This document shows positions 12,320 through 24,089 of a stretch of DNA of 64,000 nt, piece after piece. The notes below the pieces were generated by a model. That model saw only the letters and a list, made by a program, of their open reading frames with translations. It was not told where the DNA came from and ran no database searches. The stretch is from Phyllobates terribilis. Its lineage: Eukaryota. A program made the position numbers and the translations under genes. How positions within the stretch are numbered: position 1 is the first letter of the stretch; every line of letters begins with the position of its first letter. The stretch spans positions 379,378,001 through 379,442,000 of the forward strand of contig NW_027362761.1 in assembly GCF_046119375.1 (NCBI RefSeq). Reading direction: 5' to 3'.

Positions 12320-13345
12320 TCAGTATTGTGTGTGGCCTCCATGTGCCTGTATGACCTCCCTACAATACCTGGGCATGCTCCTGATGAGGTTGCGGATGGT
12401 CTCCTGTGGGATCTCCTCCCAGACCTGGACTAAAGCATCCGCCAACTCCTGGACAGTCTGTGGTGCAACGTGACATTGGTGGCTGAAGCGAGACATGATG
12501 TCCCCTATGTGCTCAATCGGATTCAGGTCTGGGGAACGGGCGGGCCTGTCCATAGCTTCAATGCCTTCATCTTGCAGGAACTGCTGACACACTCCAGCCA
12601 CATGAGGTCTGGCATTGTCCTGCATTAGGAGGAACCCAGGTCCAACTGCACCAGCATATGGTCTCACAAGGGGTCTGAGGAGCTCATCTCTGTACCTAAT
12701 GGCAATCAGGCTACCTCTGGCAAGCACATGGAGGGCTGTGTGGCCCTCCAAAGAAATGCCACCCCACACCATTACTGACCCACTGCCAAACCGGTCATGC
12801 TGAAGGATGTTGCAGGCAGCAGATCGCTCTCCATGGCGTCTCCAGACTCTGTCACGTCTGTCACATGTGCTCAGTGTGAACCTGCTTTCATCTGTGAAGA
12901 GCACAGTGCGCCAGTGGCGATTTTGCCAATCCTGGTGTTCTGTGGCAAATGCCAAGCGTCCTGCACGGTGTTGGGCTGTGAGCACAACCCCCATCTGTGG
13001 ACGTCTGGCCCTTATACCACCCTCATGGAGTCGGTTTCTAACCATTTGTGCAGACACATGCACATTTGTGGCCTGCTGGAGATCATTTTGCAGGGCTCTG
13101 GCAGTGCTTCTCCTATTTCTCCTTGCACAAAGGCGGAGGTAGCAGTCCTGCTGCTGAGTTGTTGCCCTCCTACTGCCCCCTCCACGTCTCCTGGTGTACT
13201 GGCCTGTCTCCTGGTAGCGCCTCCAGCCTCTGGACACTACGCTGACAGACACATAAAACCTTCTTGCCAGTGCTCGCATTGATGTGCCATCCTGGATGAG
13301 CTGCACTACCTGAGCAACTTCTGTGGGTTGTAGAGTCCGTCTCAT
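12320..13345 (-). CDS. Tc1 transposase, open 341-aa frame with two conserved Trp substituted
   Basis: ATG at 13345 ([12 protein letters not shown]). HTH region, TDESRF, QDNARPH and SPDLNPIE with 34 residues between D2 and E. WPARS>RPARS and HIWD>HIGD compared with the sibling copy at 60.5 kb. Confidence 0.85.
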   Translation of the reverse strand: MRRTLQPTEVAQVVQLIQDGTSMRALARRFYVSVSVVSRGWRRYQETGQYTRRRGGGSRRATTQQQDCYLRLCARRNRRSTARALQNDLQQATNVHVSAQMVRNRLHEGGIRARRPQMGVVLTAQHRAGRLAFATEHQDWQNRHWRTVLFTDESRFTLSTCDRRDRVWRRHGERSAACNILQHDRFGSGSVMVWGGISLEGHTALHVLARGSLIAIRYRDELLRPLVRPYAGAVGPGFLLMQDNARPHVAGVCQQFLQDEGIEAMDRPARSPDLNPIEHIGDIMSRFSHQCHVAPQTVQELADALVQVWEEIPQETIRNLIRSMPRYCREVIQAHGGHTQY

Positions 13346-13616
13346 GCTACCACGAGCGTGAAAGCACAACCAACATTCAGAAGTGACCAAAACATCAGCC
13401 AAAAAGCATTGGTACTGAGATGTGGTCTGTGGTCCCCACCTGCAGAACCACTCCTTTATTGAGTGTGTCTTGATAATTGCCAATAATTTCCATCTATTGT
13501 CTATTCCATTTGCACAACAGCATGTGAAATTGATTGTCAATCAGTGTTGCTTCCTAAGTGGACAGTTATATTCTGTTGTTTAAGTGTTCCATTTATTTTT
13601 TTGAGCAGTGTATATA

Positions 13617-13804
13617 CAGATGCATCTCACAAAATTAGAATGTCATCAAAAGGTTAATTTATTTCAGTTCTTCAATCCAAAAAGTGAAACTCATATATTA
13701 TGTAGAGTCATTACAAACAGAGTGATCTATTTCAAGTGTTTATTTCTGTTAATGTTGATGATTATGGCTTACAGCCAATGAAAACACAAAAGTCATTATC
13801 TCAG
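13617..13804. mobile_element. Tc1-like terminal fragment
   Basis: Begins TA|CAGATGCATCTCACAAAATTAGAA, a Tc1-type end. Truncated where the Penelope ORF begins. Confidence 0.55.
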
Positions 13805-13815
13805 TTGATTATTTA

Positions 13816-15463
13816 TTGGTAAAGAATGGTATTACACCAGTTATATACATCCTGCCGAAGATTCATAAAACTTTGGTGAACCCTCCGGGACGTCCCATTA
13901 TCTCAGGCAGTGATTACATTTTCAGTCGAATAGGTATATTTTTGGATAGAGTTCTAGGTCCATTGGCTAGAAACACTGCTTCCTTTTTACAAGATACAAA
14001 TGATTTCTTATGCAAGTTACAGGAGGTTCCAATGATTAATGAACCTATATTGTTGGTATCATTTGATGTGGTATCATTATATACCTCAATTAAACACGAG
14101 AGGGGTCTTATTGCTGTAAGAAGGAAACTTGATTTTACAAACTTTAAGCCTTAAAGTATTGGTTTCTTCATGGAGTTATTGGAGATGGTACTTACTAATA
14201 ACTATTTTATGTTTGGTGATGAGTATTACATGCAACGACGCGGGACTGCGATGGGTGCCAATATGGCACCCGCTTATGCAAATTAAATGATGGCCATGTT
14301 GGAGGAGTAGCTTGTCTATGTGGCGCCGCTTTTTTCACTGGTGTTGAGATGGTGGCGCTACATAGATGACATCTTCCTCCTGTGGAAAGGCATTGAGCAA
14401 GAGTTGTTGAATTTTTTTTACTTTATCAATACTATTGACAGTGATATCAAGTTTTCATTGGTCTACTTGGCACAGGAAATCCAGTTTTTGGATGTTCTTG
14501 TTAGTTATAGGGAAGGTAGATTTTGCACTACTCTATATTCGAAACCGACGGATAAAAACAACATTCTAAAATTTGAAAGTAATCATCCTGGAAAGATGGT
14601 AAACTCTCTTCCATTTAGTCAGTTTTTGCGAACTAAAAGAATTGTAAGTGATGATAATAATTTAAAACAAAATCTTGAAAAAATGAGGATGAAATTTTTG
14701 GTCAGGGATTATCCGAAATATTTACTTGACAAGGGGATTAATATGGTAAATAATCTTGAACGTGAATCTCTTTTAAAATCTAAGAGGAGCATAGATAAGG
14801 TGTCTAATAGAATACCAGTTATTACCACATTTTATGAGGAGAGTGACTCTATCGCTAGAATAATTAGGAAACACTGGAGCATGTTGCGTAAATGCAATTT
14901 CAGAATCCTCCGTTGTTCTCGTATAAACGAGCAAGGAAGTTGAAAGATAAATTGGTGAGAGCTGATGTGGGACCTCAAAAAGGTATGAAGCAAATAACAT
15001 TAACAGGTAATAAAAGAACAGGATCTTACCCTTGCTTGAATTGTGTAAACTGTCCAAATTTGATTAAGGGGAGTTTTTTTCTACATCCAATTACAAATGA
15101 GAAATTTGTTATCAAACATTATTTGACATGCGACTCGGGATACGTCATATATCTTCTATACTGTCCTTGTAAATTGATGTATGTGGGGGAGACAACATGG
15201 GATTTGATAACCTGTTTGAACCACCACAGATATACTATACGCAAAAACAGATTGGATTTGCCAGTCTCTAAATATTTTACTGAAGCCGGACACAATGAAA
15301 AACAATTAAAATTTAGGATCATTGATCACGTGCCCCCCTGAGGAGGGGAGGTGATCGGGTTAAAATGCTTAAGATTAAAGAATTACAATGGATAAGGAAA
15401 TTAGACACATTACGTCCTAAAGGACTAAATGTGGATTTCAAAATTGAATTGGCATCTCTTTGA
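13816..15463 (+). pseudogene. Penelope-like retroelement (Neptune-type) RT plus GIY-YIG endonuclease, 5'-truncated and decayed
   Basis: Motifs [42 protein letters not shown], a Cys linker CLNCVNCP and YVIYLLYCPCKLMYVGET. In-frame stops at ~14152, 14285 and 14308 and a frameshift near 14900. AT-rich 3' region probably extends to ~16740. Confidence 0.9.
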
Positions 15464-16743
15464 TGTATCTCTGATGTTCCATTTGGATTTGAATCGTTGT
15501 GTGATATGGTACATGGCCTTTGATTTTGTGGAGTTTTAACTAATAGTGACTCTTTTATCTCTTATAGATCTTTGGAGAAAGTGAACTATATTATCTACAG
15601 GTCTCACCTCTACATCATCATGTGACAGTGTGATCTAAACGTGTGATAATAATTTTTTTGCATGTCAATATATATTGTTGCTAATTTTTGGATCAACATT
15701 GAGCATCATATATATGAGTCTTTATTATACATTCTCTTTATAATGTATATAGCCAATATGCCAATACCGTTCATTTATTAAAGGGCTTGGTTGAAACCTG
15801 GTATGTGTATATAATATGGGAATGGATGCATGGGGCATGGTGGGTTGAGTAACTTGCCCCCAACCGGGTGAGTGGCTCCCCCTATTGCTCTGATATTGGG
15901 TTTACCAACCCCAGCTAATGGGGGGTGTTACCCAATAGTATCCTTATATGTCCCTATTATAAAAAAGAGAAAATATATAATATCGCACTATTACCTGTTT
16001 TTTGGCCCTTTTTGTCCGTTATTGTTGCTATGTGCTAAGTATTTTTAGGTTTCAGACTTTAATTATTGTATAATACAAGGTAATAACATAAACATATATG
16101 ACTCTTTTGGGCATACCTTAACAAAAATGCCCCTGATGCAACACATTTATATAGTTATTTGCACAATGGATAGTGGGTATATGTACCACATCAAAGATGG
16201 CGTCTATAGCACTTCCGCCCTTAGTACAATGTCATATCCGCCAGTGATGTCATTGGAGCATGCTCAGTGTCGATTTTCTGTATGTCACAGTCTGGTCTCC
16301 TCCCCTTTCCAGCAGCAATCTTGACATGCGTTTTTTAACACTGGAGACGCCGCTTTTCGGCGTTGTTCACATGTTGATGCGGTGAGTCAATCCTGATTAT
16401 TTTGATTCTATACACCTGTATTTATTAAGTAATTTATCATGGATTAAGCTATATCATGTAAATAAACAATGTGTATGTATTCTCATGAATCAAAAAAGCT
16501 TTATATAATGTGATCTATCTAGGTATATGTACTGTATGTTTTTATGCACTTTGCATGTTGCACTTTTTGCACTTTATAATGTAATTGTCCTTTAAATGGA
16601 TGACCTGATATATACCTCACCTGTATACTCTGCACTTTGCTTGAAAAAGGATGTATTCAGCCAAAACGTTGCCACAGCTATGGCTGAGCTAATAAATCAT
16701 CTATTTTTGGAGTGCTGTTTCTACAATTTTTTTCATATATATA

Positions 16744-17220
16744 CAGTACAGACCAAAAGTTTGGACACACCTTCTCATTTAAAGATTTTTCTGTATTTTC
16801 ATGACTGAAAATTGTACATTCACACTGAAGGCATCAAAACTATGAATTAACACATGTGGAATTATATACTTAACAAAAAAGTGTGAAACAACTGAAAATA
16901 TGTCTTATATTCTAGGTTCTTCAAAGTAGCCACCTTTTGCTTTGATGACTGCTTTGCACACTCTTGGCATTCTCTTGATGAGCTTCAAGAGGTAGTCACC
17001 GGAAATGGTCTTCCAACAATCTTGAAGGAGTTCCCAGAGATGCTTAGCACTTGTTGGCCCTTTTGGCTTCACTCTGCGGTCCAGCTCACACCAAACCATC
17101 TCGATTGGGTTCAGGTCTGGTGACAGTGGAGGCCAGGTCATCTGGCGTAGCACCCCATCACTCTCCTTCTTGGTCAAATAGCCCTTACACAGCTTGGAGG
17201 TGTGTTTGGGGTCATTGTCT
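16744..17220 (-). mobile_element. Tc1 fragment (3' end)
   Basis: TA|CAGTACAGACCAAAAGTTTGGACAC end. ORF 16905-17177 contains [15 protein letters not shown]...AVIKAKGGYF. Confidence 0.88.
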
Positions 17221-17956
17221 TAGGAAACTCTCCTTGCTTAGGAAACTCTGTCACCTCTGATAGACTTCAACAAGAAGTAAAGCATGAAATTAAAAATCCC
17301 TCCATTGTTGAGAACAGAGAGGATTTTTAAAAGAGGTATAAATGTAGCTCTGATATATAATACTGGATTGAGTTACTCAGGATCCATAGAAGATTAGTAA
17401 TGCAATGTATTCATAAAGATATTCAACTTTTCGTGTAGGATAATTTTATATATGGTTTTTACACATGAAAACATACATTCATATTCATATAAACTCAAAT
17501 GAGTTTTTTCTGCAACTTTTACATAACTGTGATGTCAATTAAGAAAGTATTAAAAAAACAATGCCCGATGATTGTTAAATTGCTAGTAATATTAAAGCAA
17601 GCATGTAATTCTGTTATACTTCTTGTTATTGCAGGGCTAAATATTCCCCTTTTTATTGGAATGATGGAGAAAAATTACTTGTAAAAAAGTTCCACACACT
17701 GCTCCTTCCAGTCATCTGGGCTGTGTTGCAGCTGAGACTATTTACTGTTTCCCACTCAGCTTTGATTGATGTCCCCGTCTGTCATGTGAACCTGTGTCAC
17801 GAGACATTAATCTAAGCTGAGTGAGCATGCTCGCAGAGAGGACAAATGCTTAGAATAATTTCATTTGAAGGCATTCACAGGTTTTGATGTGACATTCATT
17901 CAGAAGTTGAGCCATGTATCATCAAACCATTATTATGGAAGTATTCTCCTCTAGAC

Positions 17957-18142
17957 CAGTGTTCCCCAACTCCAGTCCTCAAGGCCTACCAAAAGATCAT
18001 GTTTTCAGGATTTCCTTAGTATTGCACATGTGATGGAATTATTGCCTGTACAGGTGATGTAATTATCACCTGAGCCATACTAAGGAAATCCTGAAAACAT
18101 GACCTGTTGGTGGGCCTTGAGCACTGGAGTTGGGGAACCCTG
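17957..18142. mobile_element. hAT (Charlie-type) MITE
   Basis: TIRs CAGTGTTCCCCAACTCCAGT / ACTGGAGTTGGGGAACCCTG with a perfect 8-bp TSD CTCTAGAC (17949-17956, 18143-18150). Confidence 0.9.
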
Positions 18143-18251
18143 CTCTAGACGCACTGCCAGTGATTACGATCTCTCAATTGTTTTTTGTGCTCTCTGCTGT
18201 TAACTACATAATCCAGCAACTCTGAAATGTGATGCATGTGTTTATTCACAG

Positions 18252-18456
18252 GTACAACCGACTCCTGCCAATCACAGTGTGGTGGACATCTCCAGAACTG
18301 CTCCTGCCATGCAAGTTGTTTGAATTTAGGAAGCTGTTGTACAGATTATCAAAAATGGTGTCTCCAAATTTCTCCCCACTCAGGGACTTTAATGGGAGGG
18401 AAAAAGTTTACTATTCTAGATGTAAAATTCGATACTACTATAATTGTGACTTGCAG
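18252..18456 (+). CDS. SUSD2: SUSD2 exon 2 (somatomedin-B domain)
   Basis: GTTDSCQSQCGGHLQNCSCHASCLNLGSCCTDYQKWCLQISPHSGTLMGGKKF, matching human SUSD2 SCSMRCG...CSCHPTC...CC...FCLEILPYSGSMMGGK. Boundaries ttcacag| and |gtaagt. Confidence 0.93.
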
Positions 18457-21400
18457 GTAAGTGTGAAAATGAAGATTAATTGAATATCTATCTTTCAACA
18501 TTTTTTTGATAAAGTGCTAGTTTAGAGTCCAGCTTCCATGTCCTTTAACAAGGGAGTTCAAACCAGGAGACCTGCAATCTCCACACATCCAGCATGTGTG
18601 AAACAAACAGCCCAGAGCTTTCACCTCCAGGCCCACCCCACAGCAAATGCTCTAAAGGCTGTGAATTTTATCCTCTGACCTCCTCCCTGTCTACAAATGT
18701 TCAATCATCCTAGCACTAAAGATGGCTGATTAACCCCTTTGTGCGCTGGAACCTTTTTCCTATGTTTAATACTGGAGCTAATAATCTTAATGCTACAATA
18801 TCTCCCCTCCAGTACATTGCCAGTGACTTTGTGACAATGTGAATATAAGAAACCTCTTTCTTCACTTATGAGACACTTGTTCCCTCCCACCTCCCTCCAG
18901 AACTCACCATCTACACTGAAAAAACAAGTCCAAACTATCCTGCTTAAAACAAGACAGGCCGCCAGCACAGTGAGGTGTCTCTTTATTCTCTATGAAAAGG
19001 GAAATGGGAGGTGGTGAGAGACAACAATCAGAGGGAGACACAGAAAGATTGTGCTGAGTTCTTTTTAACAAGTATTTTACTTCACACCAGAGCTGGACTC
19101 ACATGTACACTGCTCAGTATTGTGTATAATTTCCTACATGCTGCTGCTGTGATGTATAAGGGAGAGATCATAGCAGCACCTCTCATCACATTAGCTCAAA
19201 GTCAATTGAAAATTAAGAGATAGAGCATGCAGAGAGAAAGATGAGTAAAAATGTTGGCTACAGATCATATAATGGCCAGAAATATAGTTATTCCTCATAT
19301 ACAGGGTATATTACTCTGAAAAGTTACTTGAAAGTACAGTTAGTTACCGTTTAAATCTAAACATACTGTTATAGTTCATTTATAAATATATTTTTACAGC
19401 AGTTTGAGCTGTGTTTTCTGATGAAGAGTTCTTTAATACCTACATCGATGTAAAAAGCACTAGAGGCGGCTGATAACCCTACTGCATACTGTATATACAT
19501 TGAAAGGGTTATTCAGGCTTTTAAACTGATGGCATTCTTTTAAGATAACCCATTAATATTAGATCAGAGGGAGCAGTGGGAGAGGTGTAACTCTTGTATT
19601 GTAACCCTCCAATCAGCTGTTTGAAGAGGCTACAACACCTGGGTTGTCAACTTTTTAAAAATGTTTTCTGTAAAACTCCATTTACTTTCCAAATAGATTG
19701 AGAATGGTATAAAAACACCAAGAGACACAAGATTTTCTGGCTAAAATTGCTTCATGAATCGGGGCTACTTTGGCTTATCAAGATTTAAACTGTGTATCAA
19801 GATTGCTACTTGATATTTTTTGAATGGAAACATTATTCCTTGGATTTATAGCCTAAAACCCTGTCTTTACCTGAGCTTGCCTAAAGCAGCGATAAAAAAA
19901 TCTTATCTAAGATATCCTATGAGTTTAACACACCAGTAGCACAAGTTTCTTACATGTCTTACAAATACATGTCCTAGACTCGAGACTGATAGCATAATAC
20001 ACTAGGACAAAGACAGAAATGGGCGCCTGTGCAAGAACAGTATATGGGCCCTTCCCAGTCAAATTCATATTTCCACCTGCTTTGCATGTGGAAATGGGCC
20101 CACTTACCTCATGGGCCCCTGCACAGATTGCACCAATGATATGCCCACCCCTGGCATAATACTGATACACTGATGCAAACTACTGTATGGGTGTGTGTCT
20201 ACCGAGGCATTAAGTACTTAGGTGGAAACAAGAAAGTTTCTTTTCACTGTAAGTAAAAGTGTGAAGCGGGGCTCAGGGCTGGTGCTGTGGGCCTGCTGCT
20301 GCTTATCCACACCCTGGCACCCCACTAACAAACAGTGTCCTATTCCATGTGTGCTGTGGTTTACTTTACACTCACTTATAGGCCAGAAGCCTCCACTGCA
20401 TTCATATCTATGGGCTCAGGTTCAGCCACACACACATCAAAGGACACTCGCTTTGTTTCAACAATTTCAACTTTACTGGACAGTTCAGATACAACAGTCT
20501 GCAACATGCGATATCAGGCACAGCACCCTCCAGTTGTTGCTCCATTTACACAGTACATTTTTAGGCTTTGTCTCCTTTCTGCTTGGACTGACCCTACTTC
20601 AACAGACTCTGTTGGTCCTAGGGACTCCCCATCCGGCAACGCAGATTTTCTGAGATCCGCTACCGTTCCCTCTCACTTTTTCCTGTCCGGCCTCTTCTGC
20701 ATCGAAGATAATGAGACACACATTCCAGTGCCTACTCCGGGCCACAGGCCCCGGATCTCACTGGAATTTCCGCAAGACTTCTGGTGAGACCTCATATTGC
20801 TCGAACGATATTTATTGGTAGTGCCAATAAATGTAACCTTTAACCTACTTAACTAATATACCCACCACTGCATATTTCCCTTTTCACTATACATTACTCA
20901 AATCGTGCAATCATTATATTATATACATTACATCACAATAACTGCATTAATTAGTTCTTATACAGTTCTATGCATTTTCACATATTACCACAGTCATAAA
21001 ACTTCAATAAAATTACATGTCAGAGCCATTTTTTAAACGTTATCTTTCAGGAGGGTAGGCACGTAACAGTCCCTGTCACCCCCTTACGCATGGATTTTGA
21101 ATCTGGCAGGAAATAAAAATGCGAAATGAAATGAATTAAAAATCTGTACAACATTTCATTACACTGGACATCTTCAATATCTAGCCTAACCTGAAATTCA
21201 AAGCCGACTAGATTAGTTAAAAATTATGGAGAATATTAAAGACAGATTGAGAGGAGAATTCAATGAACAGAATTGAAAAGTGTATTAATGGAAATTATCA
21301 GGTAAACTGCAGTGGAATAAACTATATACTGATCTGTAAAATGACGAAATAATAGGTAAAGTAAATGTTTGGACTCCAGCAGTGTAGTTACATCACTGGC

Positions 21401-21497
21401 AATTGAATCCTGTTATAGCTATTAGTTACAATTTCTGGTCATGATGATGACGGCCTTCTTCTGTCAGATATAATACAGCTTACTTTCCTACCAACAG

Positions 21498-21649
21498 ATT
21501 CAACAATGAAATCGATACTCAGGGTTTGGTCAGTGAATCGGGACATGCTCAGTGCATTTCTCCACTGCTATTTCAGACCGGTCATATTCCATTTACATTG
21601 TTATTTAATGGATCATCCAGTTCACCCCCTTCTGGAACATGGCTAGCAG
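21498..21649 (+). CDS. SUSD2: SUSD2 exon 3
   Basis: FNNEIDTQGLVSESGHAQCISPLLFQTGHIPFTLLFNGSSSSPPSGTWLA (human HCVSPLLYESGRIPFT...GTWLA). AG/GT boundaries, phase 2 to 1. Confidence 0.92.
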
Positions 21650-21962
21650 GTAAGATGCTATAAAGAAAATGGAATTCTAGATACAAAGGAAAAGAATAAA
21701 TAAGGGCAGTGGCAGATGAGATCAGACTATGTTTGCAAAATCTTGTCAAAATTTTCCAATACCTTTATAAAACCTTTTTATATCTACTGGATTTTTTTTT
21801 TACTATTAATTTTAAATATCTTTTCTTTGTATTAATTGTATTCATTGTTATTATTCATTGTTATTATGAATTAATGAACGTAGTCATTTTTCTATAATCT
21901 ATACTAAATGATTTTGTAGAGCTGTGCAGAGATTGCATACATAAGATTTAATGCCTCAGTGA

Positions 21963-22306
21963 GGGCTAAGGGGTAGCGTTTCTCCTTATGGAGAGTGACA
22001 CATCAGCTCTGGCTCGACAAGGTAAGGAGGCTTATTCACCATGCAATGTTCCTCTGGGAAATTTAATATGCAAATTGCCTCTTCAGAGAAAAAGAGGACT
22101 TGTACTCTATAGCGCCACCTATTGGAAGCAGCAATTCTACAAGTCAAAATCAACCCTTTAACGAGTCGTGCAATATGACTTAGGATAAAAGCTAAATCAG
22201 AATCTCAATTTGCAGACAAGGGTTGATTGTGACTTGTAGGATTGCTACTTCCAATAGGTGGCGCTATAGAGTATAAGTTCTCTTTTTCTCTGAAGAGGCA
22301 ATTTGC
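21963..22306. mobile_element. Short insertion with internal palindrome and 12-bp direct flanking repeat
   Basis: ATGCCTCAGTGA at 21951-21962 and 22307-22318. Inverted arms at ~22068-22158 and ~22220-22308. Confidence 0.7.
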
Positions 22307-22994
22307 ATGCCTCAGTGATAATTTGCTGATATTAAGCTTATGCATAATTCTTGTGGAACTCGAGGTGCGGTTTTAATAGAAAGCATAGGGTACAAAGTCA
22401 ATGCTTTTATTGAACCCTTACTCCGCACTCTACTGTGCGGTCCTGTCTTGATCTGTTCACTGTTCGGGTTCATTTGAGTGATTCGTGGGGGTGTCAGGAC
22501 TTAGAACCACACTAACCACACAGCAGGATGTAATAGAATAGAAGGAGCTCACTAGATAAATTAGATATTTTTGTGAGGGAATATTCAGTATAATTTATAT
22601 TTCAGTTGCATAAGTCCGTCCGCATTCTGGATTTAGGAGTCTGTTTTTTATCAGTCAAAGTTTGATATCCTCTGTGTATGAATGTTGATACAGATAGCGT
22701 CAATCACTTAGTAGGAACACCCACTGGACTCCAAAACTGCAGGATAAATGGATAAAATACAAGTTGTACGTAATGTTTCCAGTTTTCACACAATACTCAA
22801 TATCAGTCTTCCCTGCTCTCCTTTGTTTTATAACACACTGTCTGCATATTGGAGATCATGTTTAATGTGACAGCTTCCTTTTAAACTGTTATTGTTATAA
22901 TCAGTTATGTAAGATGATGATTATTATGTTTAGAGTTAATAATGTCACTCCACCATCCCACATTATTGCAGTGTTCTTTTTTTATGGTTTTTAG

Positions 22995-23162
22995 TTCATC
23001 ACAGTAAAGTTTCTGAGGATGAAAAGAGTATATTAGTTGACTCAAAAAAATGGCAATATTATGGTACTCCTGGATACAATGGAACTCTTACAATGACCTG
23101 GGATCCCGACACTCTCCCAACTCAACTTGTTCGTATTGAGGTTTGGGGCTACAATGAAACAG
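22995..23162 (+). CDS. SUSD2: SUSD2 exon 4
   Basis: HHSKVSEDEKSILVDSKKWQYYGTPGYNGTLTMTWDPDTLPTQLVRIEVWGYNETG (human RWQYYGT...IELWGYEETG). Boundaries ttttag| and |gtgagg. Confidence 0.93.
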
Positions 23163-24089
23163 GTGAGGTCAAGATGCCGTCCACGAACTCTCGTTATACC
23201 ACTCACTATTGCCAGATATAACATGTTAGGTATTTATTGCTTGCTTTGCAGGTAATGTATTTTAATGTGGTCACGTGTTGTCATAGATTAAAATGGGGCC
23301 CCTGGGAAATAGTTTAGTGGTGATTCCTATTTTAAATACAAAGACTTAGTCTGACTGGGTCTATGTAAGACTTCCATGTCTGCCATGTTTGTACTTCTGT
23401 GAAGTTCCTCCAATTACTCCTGACATTACTCTTTGGTTATGGTTTTTCAAGTCTTTAAATGTAAAAATATTATCTTGAGAATCTAATTCAGTAAATACAT
23501 TTACTAGATTTCTTTACCGAGGCTTGTGAAAGTATTCACTCCCGCCATGGCTGTTTACCTATTTTTTTTACATTACAACCTGTGTTTAACCCCTTTACCC
23601 CCCAAGGTTGTTTGCACGTTAATGACCAGGCCAATTTTTACAATTCTGACCACTGTTACTTTATGAGGTAATAACTCTGGAACACTTCAATGGATCCCAC
23701 TGATTCTGAGACTGTTTTTTCTTGACATGTTGTACTTCATGATAGTGGTAAAATTTCTTCGATATCTCTTGTGTTTATTTGTGCAAAAAAATGGAAATCT
23801 GGCGAAAATTTTGAAAATGTCTCAATTTTCAAACTTTGAATTTTCATGCCCTTAAATCAGAGAGATATGTCACACAAAATAGTTGATAAATAACATTTCG
23901 CACATGTCTACTTTACATCAGCACAATTTTAGAACCCAAATTTTTTTTTTAGGGAGCTATAAGGGTTAAAAGTTGACCAGCGATTTTTCATTTTTACAAC
24001 AAAATGTTTTTTACGGACCACATCACATTTGAAGTGACTTTGAGGGGCCTTTATTACAGAAAATACCCAAAAGTGACACCATTCTAAAA

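Larger units (their letters stand above)
7007..13610 (-). mobile_element. Tc1 (DD34E) transposon interrupted by the CSD-LTR element
   Basis: Ends CACTGCTCAAAAAAATAAAAGGAACACT (7007) and AGTGTTCCATTTATTTTTTTGAGCAGTG (13610), both flanked by TA. The Tc1 sequence resumes at 12164 after the LTR insertion. Confidence 0.93.

Noticed and set aside
16640-16672. Position and look of a Penelope hammerhead ribozyme (TTGAAAAAGG...CCAAAACG)
   Set aside because: The core deviates from CUGANGA/GAAA at several invariant positions and stem II does not form; at best a dead relic.
17499-17684. Hydrophobic stretch MIVKLLVILKQACNSVILLVIAG as SUSD2 signal-peptide exon 1
   Set aside because: No GT donor at the required phase-1 position (GCAG|GGCTAA).
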